A stretch of 64,000 nt of DNA from Synechococcus sp. (GCA_047285805.1 JBJBCN010000002.1:544001-608000); one strand, 5' to 3'; positions 8,064 to 19,246 are shown, counted from the stretch's first letter. The notes: generated by a model from the sequence alone, not told the origin. A program made the numbers and translations.

Positions 8064-8112
8064 GCGGACCGGACTTGAAGCAATGTGGAGATAAGGCCTG
8101 CTCCGCTCACTG

Positions 8113-8925
8113 ATGTCCTTCGCGGCCCACCGTGCCCGCAAACGCTTTGGCCAGCACTGGTTGAAGGATCAGTCCGTGCTTGATCAGATCGTGCGGGCCG
8201 CTGAGCTGACCGCCGCGGACACCGTTCTGGAGGTGGGACCCGGTCGCGGAGCCCTGACGGAGCGGCTGCTGGATTCCGCCGCCAGCGCGGTTCATGCGGT
8301 GGAGCTGGATCGTGATTTGGTGGCAGGGCTTCAGGACCGCTTTGGCGCCAACCACCGCTTTGTGCTCACCGAAGGGGACGTTCTGGCCGTCGACCTGCCG
8401 GAGGCCACCGCCGTGGTCGCCAACATCCCGTACAACATCACAGGCCCTCTGCTGGAGCGCCTGGTGGGTCGCCTGGATCGCCCAGTGGCCGAGCCCTATC
8501 GACGCCTGGTCTTGTTGGTGCAGCAGGAGGTGGGAGAGCGGATTCGTTCCCGTCCCGGCAGCAGTGCCTTCTCAGCTCTAAGTGTGCGGATGCAGTTGTT
8601 AGCGCGCTGCAGCACGGTCTGCCCGGTCCCGCCTCGCTGCTTTCAACCGCCTCCGAAGGTGATGAGTGAGGTGGTGGCCCTCGATCCACTGCCTGTGGAG
8701 CAACGGCTGGATCCCGCCCTGGCCAAAACGGTGGAGATGCTTCTCAGGCGCTGCTTTGCTGCCCGCCGCAAGATGTTGCGCAACACACTCTCGGGTTTGG
8801 TGGATCCGGAGCAGCTGTTGGCCCTTACCGAGGAGGCGGAGATTGGCCTGCAGCAGCGTCCCCAGGAGGTGGCACCCGAGGATTGGGTGCGACTCGCGGC
8901 GGGCTTGAATCGGCTCACGTCCTAA
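8113..8925 (+). CDS. rsmA: 16S rRNA dimethyladenosine transferase
   Basis: [27 protein letters not shown]. Confidence 0.97.
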   Translation: MSFAAHRARKRFGQHWLKDQSVLDQIVRAAELTAADTVLEVGPGRGALTERLLDSAASAVHAVELDRDLVAGLQDRFGANHRFVLTEGDVLAVDLPEATAVVANIPYNITGPLLERLVGRLDRPVAEPYRRLVLLVQQEVGERIRSRPGSSAFSALSVRMQLLARCSTVCPVPPRCFQPPPKVMSEVVALDPLPVEQRLDPALAKTVEMLLRRCFAARRKMLRNTLSGLVDPEQLLALTEEAEIGLQQRPQEVAPEDWVRLAAGLNRLTS

Positions 8926-8941
8926 GCAACGCACCCTCGCC

Positions 8942-9874
8942 ATGGCAGAGCTGCAGGCCAGCGCCCCCGCCAAGATCAACCTGCATCTCGAGGTGCTCGG
9001 CCTGCGCCCCGACGGCTTTCACGAGCTGGCGATGGTGATGCAGACCTTGGATTTGGCCGACAGCCTCAGCCTGCGGCCCACGGCTGACGGGGCGGTGACC
9101 CTCCGCTGCGGATGTGCGGACCTGCCCACCGACGGCAACAACCTGATCGTTAAGGCGGCCGAGTTGATCAAACGACGGGTCGGCTTGCCTGAGCTGGGCG
9201 TTGCCATGGACTTGACGAAGCGCATTCCGATTGGCGCAGGTCTTGCGGGGGGCTCCAGCAATGGTGCAGCGGCCCTGGTGGGTCTAAACACTCTGTGGGG
9301 CTGTGGTTTCAGCAGCGCGCAGCTGGAGGCCATGGCCGCTGAGCTCGGCTCGGACATGCCCTTTTGCCTCGATGGTGGGACCCAGCTCTGCTTTGGCCGG
9401 GGAGAGGTCCTCGAAACCGCTGGCTTGGCCGAGCCGCCGGCTTTGGGGGTGCTGCTGATCAAGCATCCCGACGCGAGCGTCTCGACTCCCTGGGCCTATG
9501 AGCAGTGCCGTGAGCAATTCGGGGCGGACTACCTCTCGGGTGAGGAGGCCTTTGAGCAGCGCCGGCAGGCCCTGCGTCAAGCCCCCTTGCTCCAGGGCTT
9601 GAGCGGCAATGGGCCGCTTCCCGCCATACGCAATGACCTTCAGAAGGTGGTGGAGTCCGAGGTGACCAGTGTTCGAGAGGGCCTCTCGATCCTGCGGCGG
9701 GCCAACGGGGCGTTGGCGGTGGCCATGAGCGGTTCTGGGCCAAGCCTCTTCGCGGTGTTCCCCGATCGAGGGGGTGCGGATGCGGCCCAGAACCAGCTGG
9801 CTGAAGACCTGGCGGATGGCGGTTTCGAGTCCTGGGTCTGCCGCTGCACGGGCTCTGGTGCCACGCTGGTCTGA
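8942..9874 (+). CDS. ispE: 4-diphosphocytidyl-2-C-methyl-D-erythritol kinase
   Basis: [27 protein letters not shown]. Confidence 0.97.
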   Translation: MAELQASAPAKINLHLEVLGLRPDGFHELAMVMQTLDLADSLSLRPTADGAVTLRCGCADLPTDGNNLIVKAAELIKRRVGLPELGVAMDLTKRIPIGAGLAGGSSNGAAALVGLNTLWGCGFSSAQLEAMAAELGSDMPFCLDGGTQLCFGRGEVLETAGLAEPPALGVLLIKHPDASVSTPWAYEQCREQFGADYLSGEEAFEQRRQALRQAPLLQGLSGNGPLPAIRNDLQKVVESEVTSVREGLSILRRANGALAVAMSGSGPSLFAVFPDRGGADAAQNQLAEDLADGGFESWVCRCTGSGATLV

Positions 9875-9883
9875 GCGCATCCC

Positions 9884-10252
9884 GTGCAATCCCGCGTGAG
9901 TGAGACCGAGAGCGATAGCCAAGACCTCGCTAAGGCGGAGAAGGCCGGCGACGCGGCGGTCTCCACGAAGTCGCGCAAGGGGCCGATCAGCTTTCTAAGC
10001 GGTTCATTGACCAGCTTTGGACTGGGCTGGTTGGCGCTGCAGTTGGCCATCAAGGTGGTGGGTTATTACGCCGAACATCCGCCCACCTACGAGGCGCGCT
10101 TTGCCCAGAGCATTGCTGTGTTCATGAAGACCCTGGGGGTTGGCATGAGTTTTTTGGCGACGTTCACCTTTGCCTTCGTTGGCCTGGGGCTGTTTTTGAC
10201 ATTTATCCGCAGCCTCTTACCGGGTTGGAAACAGGCGGAAGAAACCCCCTAG
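9884..10252 (+). CDS. Conserved cyanobacterial membrane protein (DUF3082-like)
   Basis: KGPISFLSGSLT and two hydrophobic segments; position between ispE and pdhB. Confidence 0.75.
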   Translation: MQSRVSETESDSQDLAKAEKAGDAAVSTKSRKGPISFLSGSLTSFGLGWLALQLAIKVVGYYAEHPPTYEARFAQSIAVFMKTLGVGMSFLATFTFAFVGLGLFLTFIRSLLPGWKQAEETP

Positions 10253-10424
10253 CCTTGGGCAACGGGCTGCCTTCCCTCGACATGACTGGCCACGATCTGC
10301 AGCTGCTTGTGTTGCTCCTTTCACCAGGAATGCTGTTGTCGGTGCTGTTGTTGCTGACCTTTGCCGCAGGCGGTTGAGATAGGTTGGCCCCACCCCGGAC
10401 CAGTGCCGGACCCGCTTTTCAACC

Positions 10425-11408
10425 GTGGCAGAGACCCTTCTCTTCAACGCCCTGCGTGAGGCCATCGACGAAGAGATGGCTAGTGATCCCCATGTCTGCG
10501 TGATGGGGGAAGACGTCGGTCAATACGGCGGTTCTTACAAGGTCACGAAGGACCTCTACGAGAAGTACGGCGAACTGCGGGTTCTGGATACCCCGATTGC
10601 GGAGAACGCTTTCACCGGCATGGCTGTCGGTGCCGCGATGACGGGCCTTAGGCCCATCGTCGAAGGCATGAACATGGGCTTCCTGCTGCTCGCGTTCAAC
10701 CAGATTTCAAACAACATGGGGATGCTCCGCTACACCAGTGGCGGCAACTTCACGATTCCCGCCGTGGTTCGCGGTCCCGGCGGCGTGGGCCGTCAGCTGG
10801 GCGCTGAGCACAGCCAGCGCCTCGAGGCCTACTTCCACGCGGTGCCGGGCATCAAGATAGTGGCGGTCAGCACCCCGACAAACGCCAAGGGCCTTATGAA
10901 GGCGGCGATTCGCGACAACAACCCCGTGCTGTTCTTCGAGCACGTGCTGCTTTACAACCTCTCGGAAGACATTCCGGAAGGTGACTACACCTGTTCCTTG
11001 GACCAGGCCGACTTGGTCAAGGAAGGCAGCGATGTCACGATCCTGACCTACTCCCGCATGCGCCAACACTGCCTGAAGGCCGTGGAGCACCTGGAGAAGG
11101 AGGGTGTCAGCGTTGAGTTGATCGACTTGATCAGTCTCAAGCCCTTCGACATGGAGACCATCTCCCGATCGATCCGCAAGACCCACAAGGTTTTGGTGGT
11201 CGAGGAGTGCATGAAGACCGGTGGTATCGGCGCTGAGTTGATCGCCCTGATTACCGAGCAGTGCTTCGACGATCTCGATGCTCGTCCGATCCGGTTGTCC
11301 TCCCAGGACATCCCGACTCCCTACAACGGCACTTTGGAAAACCTGACAATCATTCAGCCGCATCAGATCGTGGAAGCGGCCAAGGCGCTCAAGGCTGGCC
11401 AGGTCTGA
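10425..11408 (+). CDS. pdhB: Pyruvate dehydrogenase E1 beta subunit
   Basis: [26 protein letters not shown]. Confidence 0.97.
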   Translation: MAETLLFNALREAIDEEMASDPHVCVMGEDVGQYGGSYKVTKDLYEKYGELRVLDTPIAENAFTGMAVGAAMTGLRPIVEGMNMGFLLLAFNQISNNMGMLRYTSGGNFTIPAVVRGPGGVGRQLGAEHSQRLEAYFHAVPGIKIVAVSTPTNAKGLMKAAIRDNNPVLFFEHVLLYNLSEDIPEGDYTCSLDQADLVKEGSDVTILTYSRMRQHCLKAVEHLEKEGVSVELIDLISLKPFDMETISRSIRKTHKVLVVEECMKTGGIGAELIALITEQCFDDLDARPIRLSSQDIPTPYNGTLENLTIIQPHQIVEAAKALKAGQV

Positions 11409-11409
11409 G

Positions 11410-12891
11410 ATGGCACGTCAACAGGGGTGGTTCGCCCTGATCTTGGCCCTGGCGTTTGCCGCAGGTGCCGCTCTGACTTCCTTTCCACTGCAACTGGGTT
11501 TGGATCTGCGTGGTGGTAGCCAATTGACTCTGCAAGTGATGCCGGCAGGCCCCATTGAGCGCGTCGAAAGCGAGCAGCTGGAGGCGGTGAAAGAAGTCTT
11601 AGATCGCCGCATCAATGGTCTTGGGGTGAGTGAAACCACGTTGCAGACCATTGGGGAAGATCGCCTCTTGCTCCAGATGCCCGGTGAACAGGACCCGAGC
11701 CGTGCGGCGAAGGTTCTCGGCACGACAGCTCTGCTGGAGTTTCGGGGCCAGAAACCTGGCACCGAGCAAGAAATGAGCGGTTTGCTCAAGCTCAAGCGGC
11801 AGGCCCAAGCCGTCTTAAATCTGCGTCGCTCCAAGGATCAAGAGCAGGCCAAAGCGGCTGATCTGGATGTAGAGGGTCTGACCCAGCTCCTGAAGGATGC
11901 AGGAGTCAGCGCCCCGGCCGGCAGCAGCGAGACCGACCAGTTGGAGCTGCTCCTTGCAGCAGTCAACACAAAGATTGTTGACCTCTATGAACCTGCCGCC
12001 CTGACCGGTAAGGATCTCACCGGTGCTGGTCGGCAACAGAACCAGTCGGGTAGTGCCTGGGACGTCACCTTGAGCTTTAACACCGAGGGTGGCCGCAAGT
12101 TCGCCCAACTCACTCAAGGCATTGCTGGCAGTGGCCGTCTGTTGGGAATCGTTTTGGACGGCCGCTCGATCAGTGAAGCAAGTGTCGGCCCTGAGTTCAA
12201 GCCCGCTGGCATCAGCGGGGGCGCCGCGACCATCACGGGCAACTTCAGCGCTGAGGCGGCGCGTGATCTGGAGGTTCAGCTCCGGGGCGGCTCCCTGCCT
12301 TTGCCCGTGGAAGTGATCGAGCAGCGCACCATTGGAGCCACCCTCGGCAGCGAGAATGTCCAACGCAGCCTGAAGGCGGCCCTGCTAGGTCTCGCCCTGG
12401 TCGCCTTCTTCATGGTGGGCTTCTATCGCCTTCCTGGTGCTGTTGCCGTGTTGGCCCTGGGGCTCTACGCACTGTTCAACCTGGCTATGTACGCGCTGAT
12501 CCCGGTCACTCTGACTCTGCCTGGGATTGCTGGTTTCATCCTCTCGATCGGCATCGCTGTGGATGCCAACGTCCTGATCTTTGAGCGGATCAAAGAAGAA
12601 TTACGCCTCGGCAACACCCTCATCCGCTCCATCGATGCAGGCTTCTCCTTGGCCTTCTCTTCGATCCTTGATGGCCATATCACTGGTTTGATTAGCTGCG
12701 TGGCCCTCTTTGCACTCGGCAGCGGTCTTGTCAAAGGCTTTGCCGTCACCTTGGGCATCGGTTTGGTGCTGAGCCTATTCACGGCATTGACGTGCACCCG
12801 CACCCTCTTGCGCCTGCTGATGGGTTATCCCTCCCTGCGCCGCTCCAGCTACTTCCTGCAACAGTCTCAGCTGCCCGCCCAGGCCTCCTGA
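11410..12891 (+). CDS. secD: Protein translocase subunit SecD
   Basis: LGLDLRGG, RRINGLGV, AVDANVLIFERIKEE. Confidence 0.97.
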   Translation: MARQQGWFALILALAFAAGAALTSFPLQLGLDLRGGSQLTLQVMPAGPIERVESEQLEAVKEVLDRRINGLGVSETTLQTIGEDRLLLQMPGEQDPSRAAKVLGTTALLEFRGQKPGTEQEMSGLLKLKRQAQAVLNLRRSKDQEQAKAADLDVEGLTQLLKDAGVSAPAGSSETDQLELLLAAVNTKIVDLYEPAALTGKDLTGAGRQQNQSGSAWDVTLSFNTEGGRKFAQLTQGIAGSGRLLGIVLDGRSISEASVGPEFKPAGISGGAATITGNFSAEAARDLEVQLRGGSLPLPVEVIEQRTIGATLGSENVQRSLKAALLGLALVAFFMVGFYRLPGAVAVLALGLYALFNLAMYALIPVTLTLPGIAGFILSIGIAVDANVLIFERIKEELRLGNTLIRSIDAGFSLAFSSILDGHITGLISCVALFALGSGLVKGFAVTLGIGLVLSLFTALTCTRTLLRLLMGYPSLRRSSYFLQQSQLPAQAS

Positions 12892-13868
12892 TGTCAGACC
12901 CTTCGACCGCCGTGGCTGCAACCGCTCCTCGCTTTCGGATCAGCCGCATCCGCCGTCAGGGCTGGCTTGCCTCCGGCCTCGCTGTGTTGCTCAGTGTTAT
13001 GGGCATGGTGCTCTGCTGGACCAACCCTCGCATTGCCGCACCGCTGAAGCCCGGTTTGGACTTCACCGGCGGTACCCAGATAGAGATCCAGCGCAGCTGC
13101 ATGGGCCCAGACTGCTCAGGTCTAAAAGCTGCCGCAGTCCGTCAGAAACTGCGTGCATTGACTTTGCCCGAGATCGGCGGCCAAGCGGCGCCCCAGCTTG
13201 TCAATGCCGGCGTTCAGGTTCTGGATGGGGGCCGTTCCGTCGACCTGCGTCTTCCGGATCTTGAGCCGGAGCAGAGCCAAGCAATGATTGCGGGTCTGGT
13301 TCGCGTCATAGGGCCAATCCACCTTGACCAGGTCTCAATCAACACCATTGGACCCACTCTTGGATCTGAGCTTCTCAAGGGGAGCTTGATTTCCTTATTG
13401 GTGAGCTTTGCCGCTATCTCGGTTTACATCAGATTCCGTTACGACGATGTCTTTGCCGGCTTGGCCCTGTTGTGTCTGGCCCATGACATCGTCATCACCT
13501 GCGGCGTTTTCGCTTGGTTGGGTTTGATCAGCGGCATCGAGGTCAATTCACTCTTTGCTGTGGCTCTGATCACAGTGGCCGGTTACTCCATCAACGACAC
13601 CGTGGTGGTCTTTGACCGCATCCGTGAGCAAAAACGCGCCTTGCAGGGGCTGAGCCTCCAGGACCAGGTGGACGTGGCCGTGGATGCCACCTTGACCCGC
13701 TCGCTGTACACGTCTTTTACTACCCTCCTACCGCTGGTGTCCCTTCTGCTCTTCGGTGGGAGCAGCCTCTTCTGGTTTGCTGTGGCACTGACCATCGGTA
13801 TCGGTGTCGGCAGTTGGTCGAGCATTGGGATTGCCCCGACCTTGTACTCGGTTCTCTCGCGTCGATGA
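12891..13868 (+). CDS. secF: Protein translocase subunit SecF
   Basis: GLDFTGG, GYSINDTVVVFDRIRE; ATG overlaps the secD stop. Confidence 0.96.
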   Translation: MSDPSTAVAATAPRFRISRIRRQGWLASGLAVLLSVMGMVLCWTNPRIAAPLKPGLDFTGGTQIEIQRSCMGPDCSGLKAAAVRQKLRALTLPEIGGQAAPQLVNAGVQVLDGGRSVDLRLPDLEPEQSQAMIAGLVRVIGPIHLDQVSINTIGPTLGSELLKGSLISLLVSFAAISVYIRFRYDDVFAGLALLCLAHDIVITCGVFAWLGLISGIEVNSLFAVALITVAGYSINDTVVVFDRIREQKRALQGLSLQDQVDVAVDATLTRSLYTSFTTLLPLVSLLLFGGSSLFWFAVALTIGIGVGSWSSIGIAPTLYSVLSRR

Positions 13869-14062
13869 CCCGCCGCATCCCCTTGGTGCCGCTGCTGCTC
13901 GCAGCAATAGCCCTTTGGGATCTGCGCTCTGAGCTTCAGCTTCTGGCCGAGCATTTCACTTGGATCAGCCTGCTCACGATTCCCCGCTACCACCTGCTGG
14001 CGGTGAGTGTGCTGCTGTTGACGCCAACCCTCATTCGTCAAATCAGAGCCCAGCGGCGATAA
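13865..14062 (+). CDS. Small membrane hypothetical protein
   Basis: 65 aa, hydrophobic; ATGA overlap with the secF stop. Confidence 0.6.
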   Translation: MTRRIPLVPLLLAAIALWDLRSELQLLAEHFTWISLLTIPRYHLLAVSVLLLTPTLIRQIRAQRR

Positions 14063-14741
14063 CAAATCCCATAGTGCTGAGCATCGCTTATTCGCTGAAG
14101 CTCAAAATCCCTAGGGGCGTTTTGCTGTTCCCGCCGACACAAGCACAGTTCAGAGCCAGTTTGTCTACACAAACGGCATTTAGGACCGAGATAATTCCGG
14201 GAATGCCAACTATGAGTGCGACCCAGCCTGCTAGGGGGACTGCCGGGTTCGTCAAGAAACCCAGGTCAACCAGTAATCCCACGCTTGGGTAAACCTTCGC
14301 CCAATTTCGCCAACGCTGGATGATGAGGTCGTACTTGCTTAAGCTCTCGGCAAAGCTGCTGATGTCCATCAGCTTCAGGATGACCAGCACGCAAATAGAC
14401 AACCACTTGAAGTGTCGAAGGATCGAGCCTTCGAGTACCAACGCGATCAGCAATGTGCTGCCAAAGACAGCGAGCACTGGGGTGTAGGAATACTCGACGG
14501 ACTCAGCCTCCTCTCCGGGTCGCTTGGCTAAGTTGCCATAGCCATCGATGCGTTCATCACGGGAAAAAACTTGCGGAGTTGTTGTCACCCGGTGAGCCTG
14601 TTTAAACGCGTCAACCGCCACTGATGTTGTGAGGAGATGATCGTCGAAAAGAATTCCCTTCGCTTGCAGCAAGTCACGCGCTTCAGTCCAAACGGGCAGT
14701 CGTGCACTAGCGTCGACAAGCGGTATAACAAACGCCCTCAA
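14043..14741 (-). pseudogene. Glutaredoxin-MauE/DoxX-type membrane protein, frameshifted and prematurely stopped
   Basis: LYRLSTLVHDCPFGLK lies in a different frame (shift near 14680) from TTPQVF...SYTPV...LNCACVGGNSKTPLG. TAA at 14088 is followed by in-frame hydrophobic AMLSTMGFVIAAGL*. Confidence 0.7.
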
Positions 14742-14865
14742 GATTGTGACGGCGATGCACCGGTGCCTTGCCTCACTACACGGAAGCTAGAAATCGTCTG
14801 CAAGTTCGACAACCCCACTGCTTGCTATCACAGGCTCCTGGGCTGGGATGAAATCGCAAGGACGA

Positions 14866-15867
14866 TCAAGTCCACTTGTCCATGACCTGCTCCACCAGCA
14901 CCCGTTGGGAGAAGACTTGAAGCACCACCACCAGCGGCAGGGCGAGCAGTACACCGGGAAGTCCCAGCAGAGCCCCGAGGCTCAACTGGGACATTAGGGC
15001 CACGGTGGGCAGGAGGTTGACCGTTCTGCTCAGCAAGAGAGGGGTGAGCAGAAAGGCTTCGCCGTTCTGCAGCACCAAACGCAGCACGATCACCTGAACC
15101 GCAAGGGTCGGTGAGATCAACAACGAGACCCCCACGGGCAACAGGCTGGCCAGGGTTGGGCCGATGGTGGGAACAAAGGTGAGCAGGCCGCAGATCAGGC
15201 CGCTCAACAGCGCCAATGGCACCTTCAGGGCCGCCAGCCCCGCCCAGGTCAGAAGGAAGACCACGGAGGCGGAGAGGGTCATCCCCGCCAGCCAGCCGCC
15301 CAGGGCCTGGCGGCTTTCCGTGAGCAGGTTGTGCACCAAGGCGCGGCTGTGGGCGGGCATCAGCGCCAAGGCCAAGCGCTGGTGACTGCGGGGATCGAGC
15401 ACCAACAGGATCGCTAGCAGTCCCATCAGCAGTAGGATCACGGTGCCACTTGCGGCGCCGCCGGCGACCCCCAGCAGTTGGGCGCCAATGGGCTGCAGCT
15501 TGTCGATGGTGAGCAGCTCTGACAGTTGGCTTCCGAGTCCCTTCAGCACGCTTACTCCGCCGATCAGTTCGGCAAGCCGCGCAATCAAGGCCGGCACCAG
15601 TTGGGTCAGTTGGTTGAGCTGTTCCAGCAGTTCAGGCAAGAGAAGTTCGGCGAGCTGCCAGCTCAACAGGCTGAGCAACACCAGTACCGCCAGTAGGGCC
15701 TGCGGACGGCTCAGCCGAACAACCCTCCGCAGCCAGCTCACTGGCACATCTAAGGCGACGGCGAGCACCACGGCGCCAAATAGCATCATCAGCACCCATC
15801 GCAGTTCCCAGGCCAAAAGCCCAAGGACCACCAGGGAGAGCAGCAGCAGCAAGCCCCTAGGTGTCAT
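14866..15867 (-). CDS. AI-2E family transporter
   Basis: Polytopic membrane protein; FVPTIGP, LGLPGVLLALP. Confidence 0.9.
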   Translation of the reverse strand: MTPRGLLLLLSLVVLGLLAWELRWVLMMLFGAVVLAVALDVPVSWLRRVVRLSRPQALLAVLVLLSLLSWQLAELLLPELLEQLNQLTQLVPALIARLAELIGGVSVLKGLGSQLSELLTIDKLQPIGAQLLGVAGGAASGTVILLLMGLLAILLVLDPRSHQRLALALMPAHSRALVHNLLTESRQALGGWLAGMTLSASVVFLLTWAGLAALKVPLALLSGLICGLLTFVPTIGPTLASLLPVGVSLLISPTLAVQVIVLRLVLQNGEAFLLTPLLLSRTVNLLPTVALMSQLSLGALLGLPGVLLALPLVVVLQVFSQRVLVEQVMDKWT

Positions 15868-16922
15868 GGCCGATCATCCATGGCTGGCTCCCAACCGTTA
15901 AGGACGTCCTGGATCAGCACCTCACGGATGATCACCTGCAGGCAGACCGCGAGCGGCAGGGCTAAGAGCAGGCCCAACGGACCAAAGATGACCGTAAACA
16001 GAAACTGCGCGATCAAGGTCAGCCCCGGCAACAACTTGACCTGGTGGTGCATGACCGACGGAGTGATCAGGTAACTTTCGATGTGCTGGATGACGACATA
16101 GAGCAGCAAGACAAACAACGCCTTCACTGGTGAATCCAGCAGCGCCACCGACATCGGGAAGACTGTGCTGAGGGTGGGGCCGATGTTGGGAATGACGTTC
16201 AACAGCGCCGCTAAGAGGGCATTGGCCGCCACCAACTTCACGCCAAGCAGCGAGAGGCCAATGGCCGCCAAAACACCAACGCAGAACGAACTGATCAGCA
16301 ATCCAGCCATCCAGCTGCTCAAGGCCTCACCGCAGAAGGTGAGAACCTCGCGGAATCGACGTCGATAAAAAGAAGGCACCAGGAGGATTGCGATTTCCCG
16401 GTAGGCCTTTGGCTGTATTGCCATCATTAAAGTGACGGCGACAACAAACAACAACTCCACCAGGCCACTGCTGAGATTGCCCGCTACGCCGAGCAGCTTC
16501 AGCAGGCCATCCGTGGGATCCAGGCTGGCGCTGCCTTGGTTTTGCCAGCTCTGATGCAACCACTCCAGGGCCTTACGCCCGTAGAGCATTTGGCTGCTCT
16601 GATCGAGGCTTTCGCGTAGCAGCTGCATGGCCACCTGCAGGGCGGCGGGTAGTTGCTTGAGCAGCTCCTGAAATTCGGCGATGAAGGGAGGAATGACCAC
16701 CGCCGTGGTCAGAATCGCCATCAGCAGCAAACCTCCAAGACTGAGCGAGAGCGCAACGGGGCGGTTGCAGCGCATTCGCTCTTGCGTGACACCCACCAAC
16801 GTGCAGATCGCCATGGCGAGCACCACGGCTGCAAAAACAAGGATTAGGACCTCGCGTAGGGACCACAGCAGCAGCACCGCAGCTGCTGTGGCGATCAATC
16901 CGAGCCACTGGCCGAATCTCAA
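15864..16922 (-). CDS. AI-2E family transporter
   Basis: IPNIGP, IESYLITP, FGPLGLLLALP. Confidence 0.9.
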   Translation of the reverse strand: MRFGQWLGLIATAAAVLLLWSLREVLILVFAAVVLAMAICTLVGVTQERMRCNRPVALSLSLGGLLLMAILTTAVVIPPFIAEFQELLKQLPAALQVAMQLLRESLDQSSQMLYGRKALEWLHQSWQNQGSASLDPTDGLLKLLGVAGNLSSGLVELLFVVAVTLMMAIQPKAYREIAILLVPSFYRRRFREVLTFCGEALSSWMAGLLISSFCVGVLAAIGLSLLGVKLVAANALLAALLNVIPNIGPTLSTVFPMSVALLDSPVKALFVLLLYVVIQHIESYLITPSVMHHQVKLLPGLTLIAQFLFTVIFGPLGLLLALPLAVCLQVIIREVLIQDVLNGWEPAMDDRP

Positions 16923-16971
16923 AGGGGGAGGCCGACTCGTGTTGTTTTAGCGCCGATTGCGGCACTTCAAT

Positions 16972-17340
16972 TCAGTTGGCGTCTCCTTCGCCAGCGTCTT
17001 CGTTTTTCTTTTGAGCAAATCCCAGGTCATTGGCTTGGGCGTAGCGCTCCGCAAAACGCATAAAGCGCTCGAAGTCTTCGGTGGTTTTCCAGGTGTAAGT
17101 GGCTTCCAGGCCGGCTGGTTTGCCATTCACGAACTTCGCATTGACATCACGGGTCACCATCTGCCCTTCTTCATCGACCATGTACATGCCGCCGATGTCA
17201 GCCATGCTCTCGGGGGAGAGGGCTTGGGGCTGATCGAACACGAAGATCGCCTGACCGGTACGGCCATCGCGCGAACGGGTCATCCGGATGTCGGGCACGA
17301 CCGGCTCATCCACACCGGGGAAAAACTGGATCGCGGCCAT
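16972..17340 (-). CDS. psb28: Photosystem II protein Psb28
   Basis: [32 protein letters not shown]. Confidence 0.95.
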   Translation of the reverse strand: MAAIQFFPGVDEPVVPDIRMTRSRDGRTGQAIFVFDQPQALSPESMADIGGMYMVDEEGQMVTRDVNAKFVNGKPAGLEATYTWKTTEDFERFMRFAERYAQANDLGFAQKKNEDAGEGDAN

Positions 17341-17364
17341 CGCCCGTCGTCGTAAAGGCCGATC

Positions 17365-18426
17365 CTAGTGATGCTGCTCGGCCGTTCTGGTGGCGACACC
17401 GCTCTCGATCAGCTGATCGGCAACCGCTGCCGCCGATAGCCCTGCCAAATCCCGCGGTTCCCTTTGATTCAGAGCCTCCTCCTGTCCATGGCGCTCCAGC
17501 TCATGGTCGTAGCAGCGGTCGTAGTAGTCGAGCATTTGGGCGCAGGCTCCATGCCAGTCCCGCAGGGCGATCGCCTCAAGGGCTGTGCTGGTTCGCTGAG
17601 GGCCTAAGCGCCGTGCAATGCGTTGGGTGGCTTCAGCAAGAGCTTCCGGGTCCTGGACGCCGTAGACCTCGACGAGTTGATCGAGACGCTCCTCCATGGG
17701 GCGGGTGATCTCCAGCAGTGGTGCCGCTTGCATCTGCCGCCAGAGCCCGGCTGGGATGCGGCAGCGCCCCACTTGAACGCTTTCTGCTTCAAGCCAGATT
17801 TGGGGCGCCGCGCGCTGCTCATCCAGCACTGCTGCGATCCGATTCTCAAAGGCCTCTGTGCTCGGTTGAGCGGGCAGACCCAGTCCGCCGAAGCTGCTGC
17901 CGCGGTGATGGGCCAGTCCCTCCAGGTCCACGATGGCAACTCCCCGCTCCGCTAGTGCCACCAGAAGATCTGTTTTACCGGTCCCCGTCCGTCCGCCTAG
18001 CAGGCGGATCGGCCAGGGTTGCTCCATCAGGGCTAGAACCCAGCGCCGGTAGCTCTTGTAGCCGCCCTCCAAGACAACGGCCTCAAGGTCGAGGGTCTTA
18101 GCGAGCCAGGCCATGCTGCCCGAGCGCATTCCTCCTCGCCAGCAGTGGATCCTCAGCGGTTGGCCTGGGCACTGGCTGCTCCAGTCCTGCAAGGTTTCTC
18201 CAAGGAGCGCCAATTTCGGCCCCACCAGGGAGAGCCCGAGCTGCACCGCTGCGGTCCGCCCTTCCTGTTTGTAGGTCGTTCCGACTTCGGCGCGCTCGAG
18301 GTCGCTAAATAGAGGCAGATTCTTGGAGCCTGGGATGTGTCCTTTTTCAAATTCCCCCGGTGAACGCACATCCACGACGGGGCCTTGGCTTTTTAGGAAG
18401 GCCTCAATGGATTGCCGGTCAGCCAT
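17365..18426 (-). CDS. mnmH: tRNA 2-selenouridine synthase (MnmH/SelU)
   Basis: Rhodanese CWRGGMRS, P-loop GRTGTGKT, HHRGSSFG. Confidence 0.93.
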   Translation of the reverse strand: MADRQSIEAFLKSQGPVVDVRSPGEFEKGHIPGSKNLPLFSDLERAEVGTTYKQEGRTAAVQLGLSLVGPKLALLGETLQDWSSQCPGQPLRIHCWRGGMRSGSMAWLAKTLDLEAVVLEGGYKSYRRWVLALMEQPWPIRLLGGRTGTGKTDLLVALAERGVAIVDLEGLAHHRGSSFGGLGLPAQPSTEAFENRIAAVLDEQRAAPQIWLEAESVQVGRCRIPAGLWRQMQAAPLLEITRPMEERLDQLVEVYGVQDPEALAEATQRIARRLGPQRTSTALEAIALRDWHGACAQMLDYYDRCYDHELERHGQEEALNQREPRDLAGLSAAAVADQLIESGVATRTAEQHH

Positions 18427-18523
18427 GGCGTTGATCCTGGTGGGGTCCCTAGCCGCTAGTCGACTGCAATGCCTGACATAGTGGGCCAGCGCTGTCAGGC
18501 CAGCGTTAGGTCAGCCCTTTTCT

Positions 18524-19246
18524 ATGCTTTCTGGTCCACCCGTCACCACCACCCTCAGCGCTGACCAGTTGATTGAGCGCTTCATCAGCAGCGCTCCGCG
18601 TCAGCGCCGCAAGCTGCTGCCTCAGGTCCTGAAGCGCAGCAGTGAATGCCGCCCATTGATTTTTGGTCAGATCGACCGCTGGGATGCCACGGGAGACGAT
18701 TGGGCCTGCGGCACCTTGATCCAGCTGCTGGTCGCCGAAGAGGATGCGCTCTGCGAGGCTTTTTGGGCTCGCTATCCCGAGGGCTGGCTGTCCGTCACCA
18801 GCGGCCAAGGGCTGAGCTACAACGCTCTACAACAGGCTTTGATTTGCCAGGACTTTGAGGAAGCGGATCGTCTTACCAGCGAGTACCTCCGCCAGTTAGC
18901 TGGTTCGGCTGCAGAGAACCGGGGCTACGTTTACTACTCCGAGGTCCCCCCTATATCCTCCGTCGACCTCCAAACCCTCGATCGCCTCTGGGTGACGTTC
19001 TCCCAGGGTCGGTTTGGTTTTTCCGTTCAATTGCGCTTGCTGCGCAGCTTGGGCAATCGCTGGGAGCAGCTCTGGCCCCGGATTGGCTGGAAGCAGGCTG
19101 GCATTTGGACCCGCTACCCCAAAGCCTTCACCTGGTCACTGGAAGCTCCCGAGGGCCACATGCCCCTCGTCAACCAATTGCGTGGAGTGCGCCTCATGGA
19201 CGCCCTGCTCTCCCATCCTGGGGTGCAACAACGCATTCCGTCCTGA
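18524..19246 (+). CDS. gun4: GUN4 domain protein (Mg-chelatase cofactor, Ycf53)
   Basis: FEEADRLT, DLQTLDRLW..SQGRFGFSVQ, APEGHMP. Confidence 0.9.
   Translation: MLSGPPVTTTLSADQLIERFISSAPRQRRKLLPQVLKRSSECRPLIFGQIDRWDATGDDWACGTLIQLLVAEEDALCEAFWARYPEGWLSVTSGQGLSYNALQQALICQDFEEADRLTSEYLRQLAGSAAENRGYVYYSEVPPISSVDLQTLDRLWVTFSQGRFGFSVQLRLLRSLGNRWEQLWPRIGWKQAGIWTRYPKAFTWSLEAPEGHMPLVNQLRGVRLMDALLSHPGVQQRIPS

Noticed and set aside
7659..8141. 160-aa minus ORF and 97-aa plus ORF spanning the element boundary
   Set aside because: Only 7659-7850 looks coding (RHH). The rest crosses the junction and the yraN relic.
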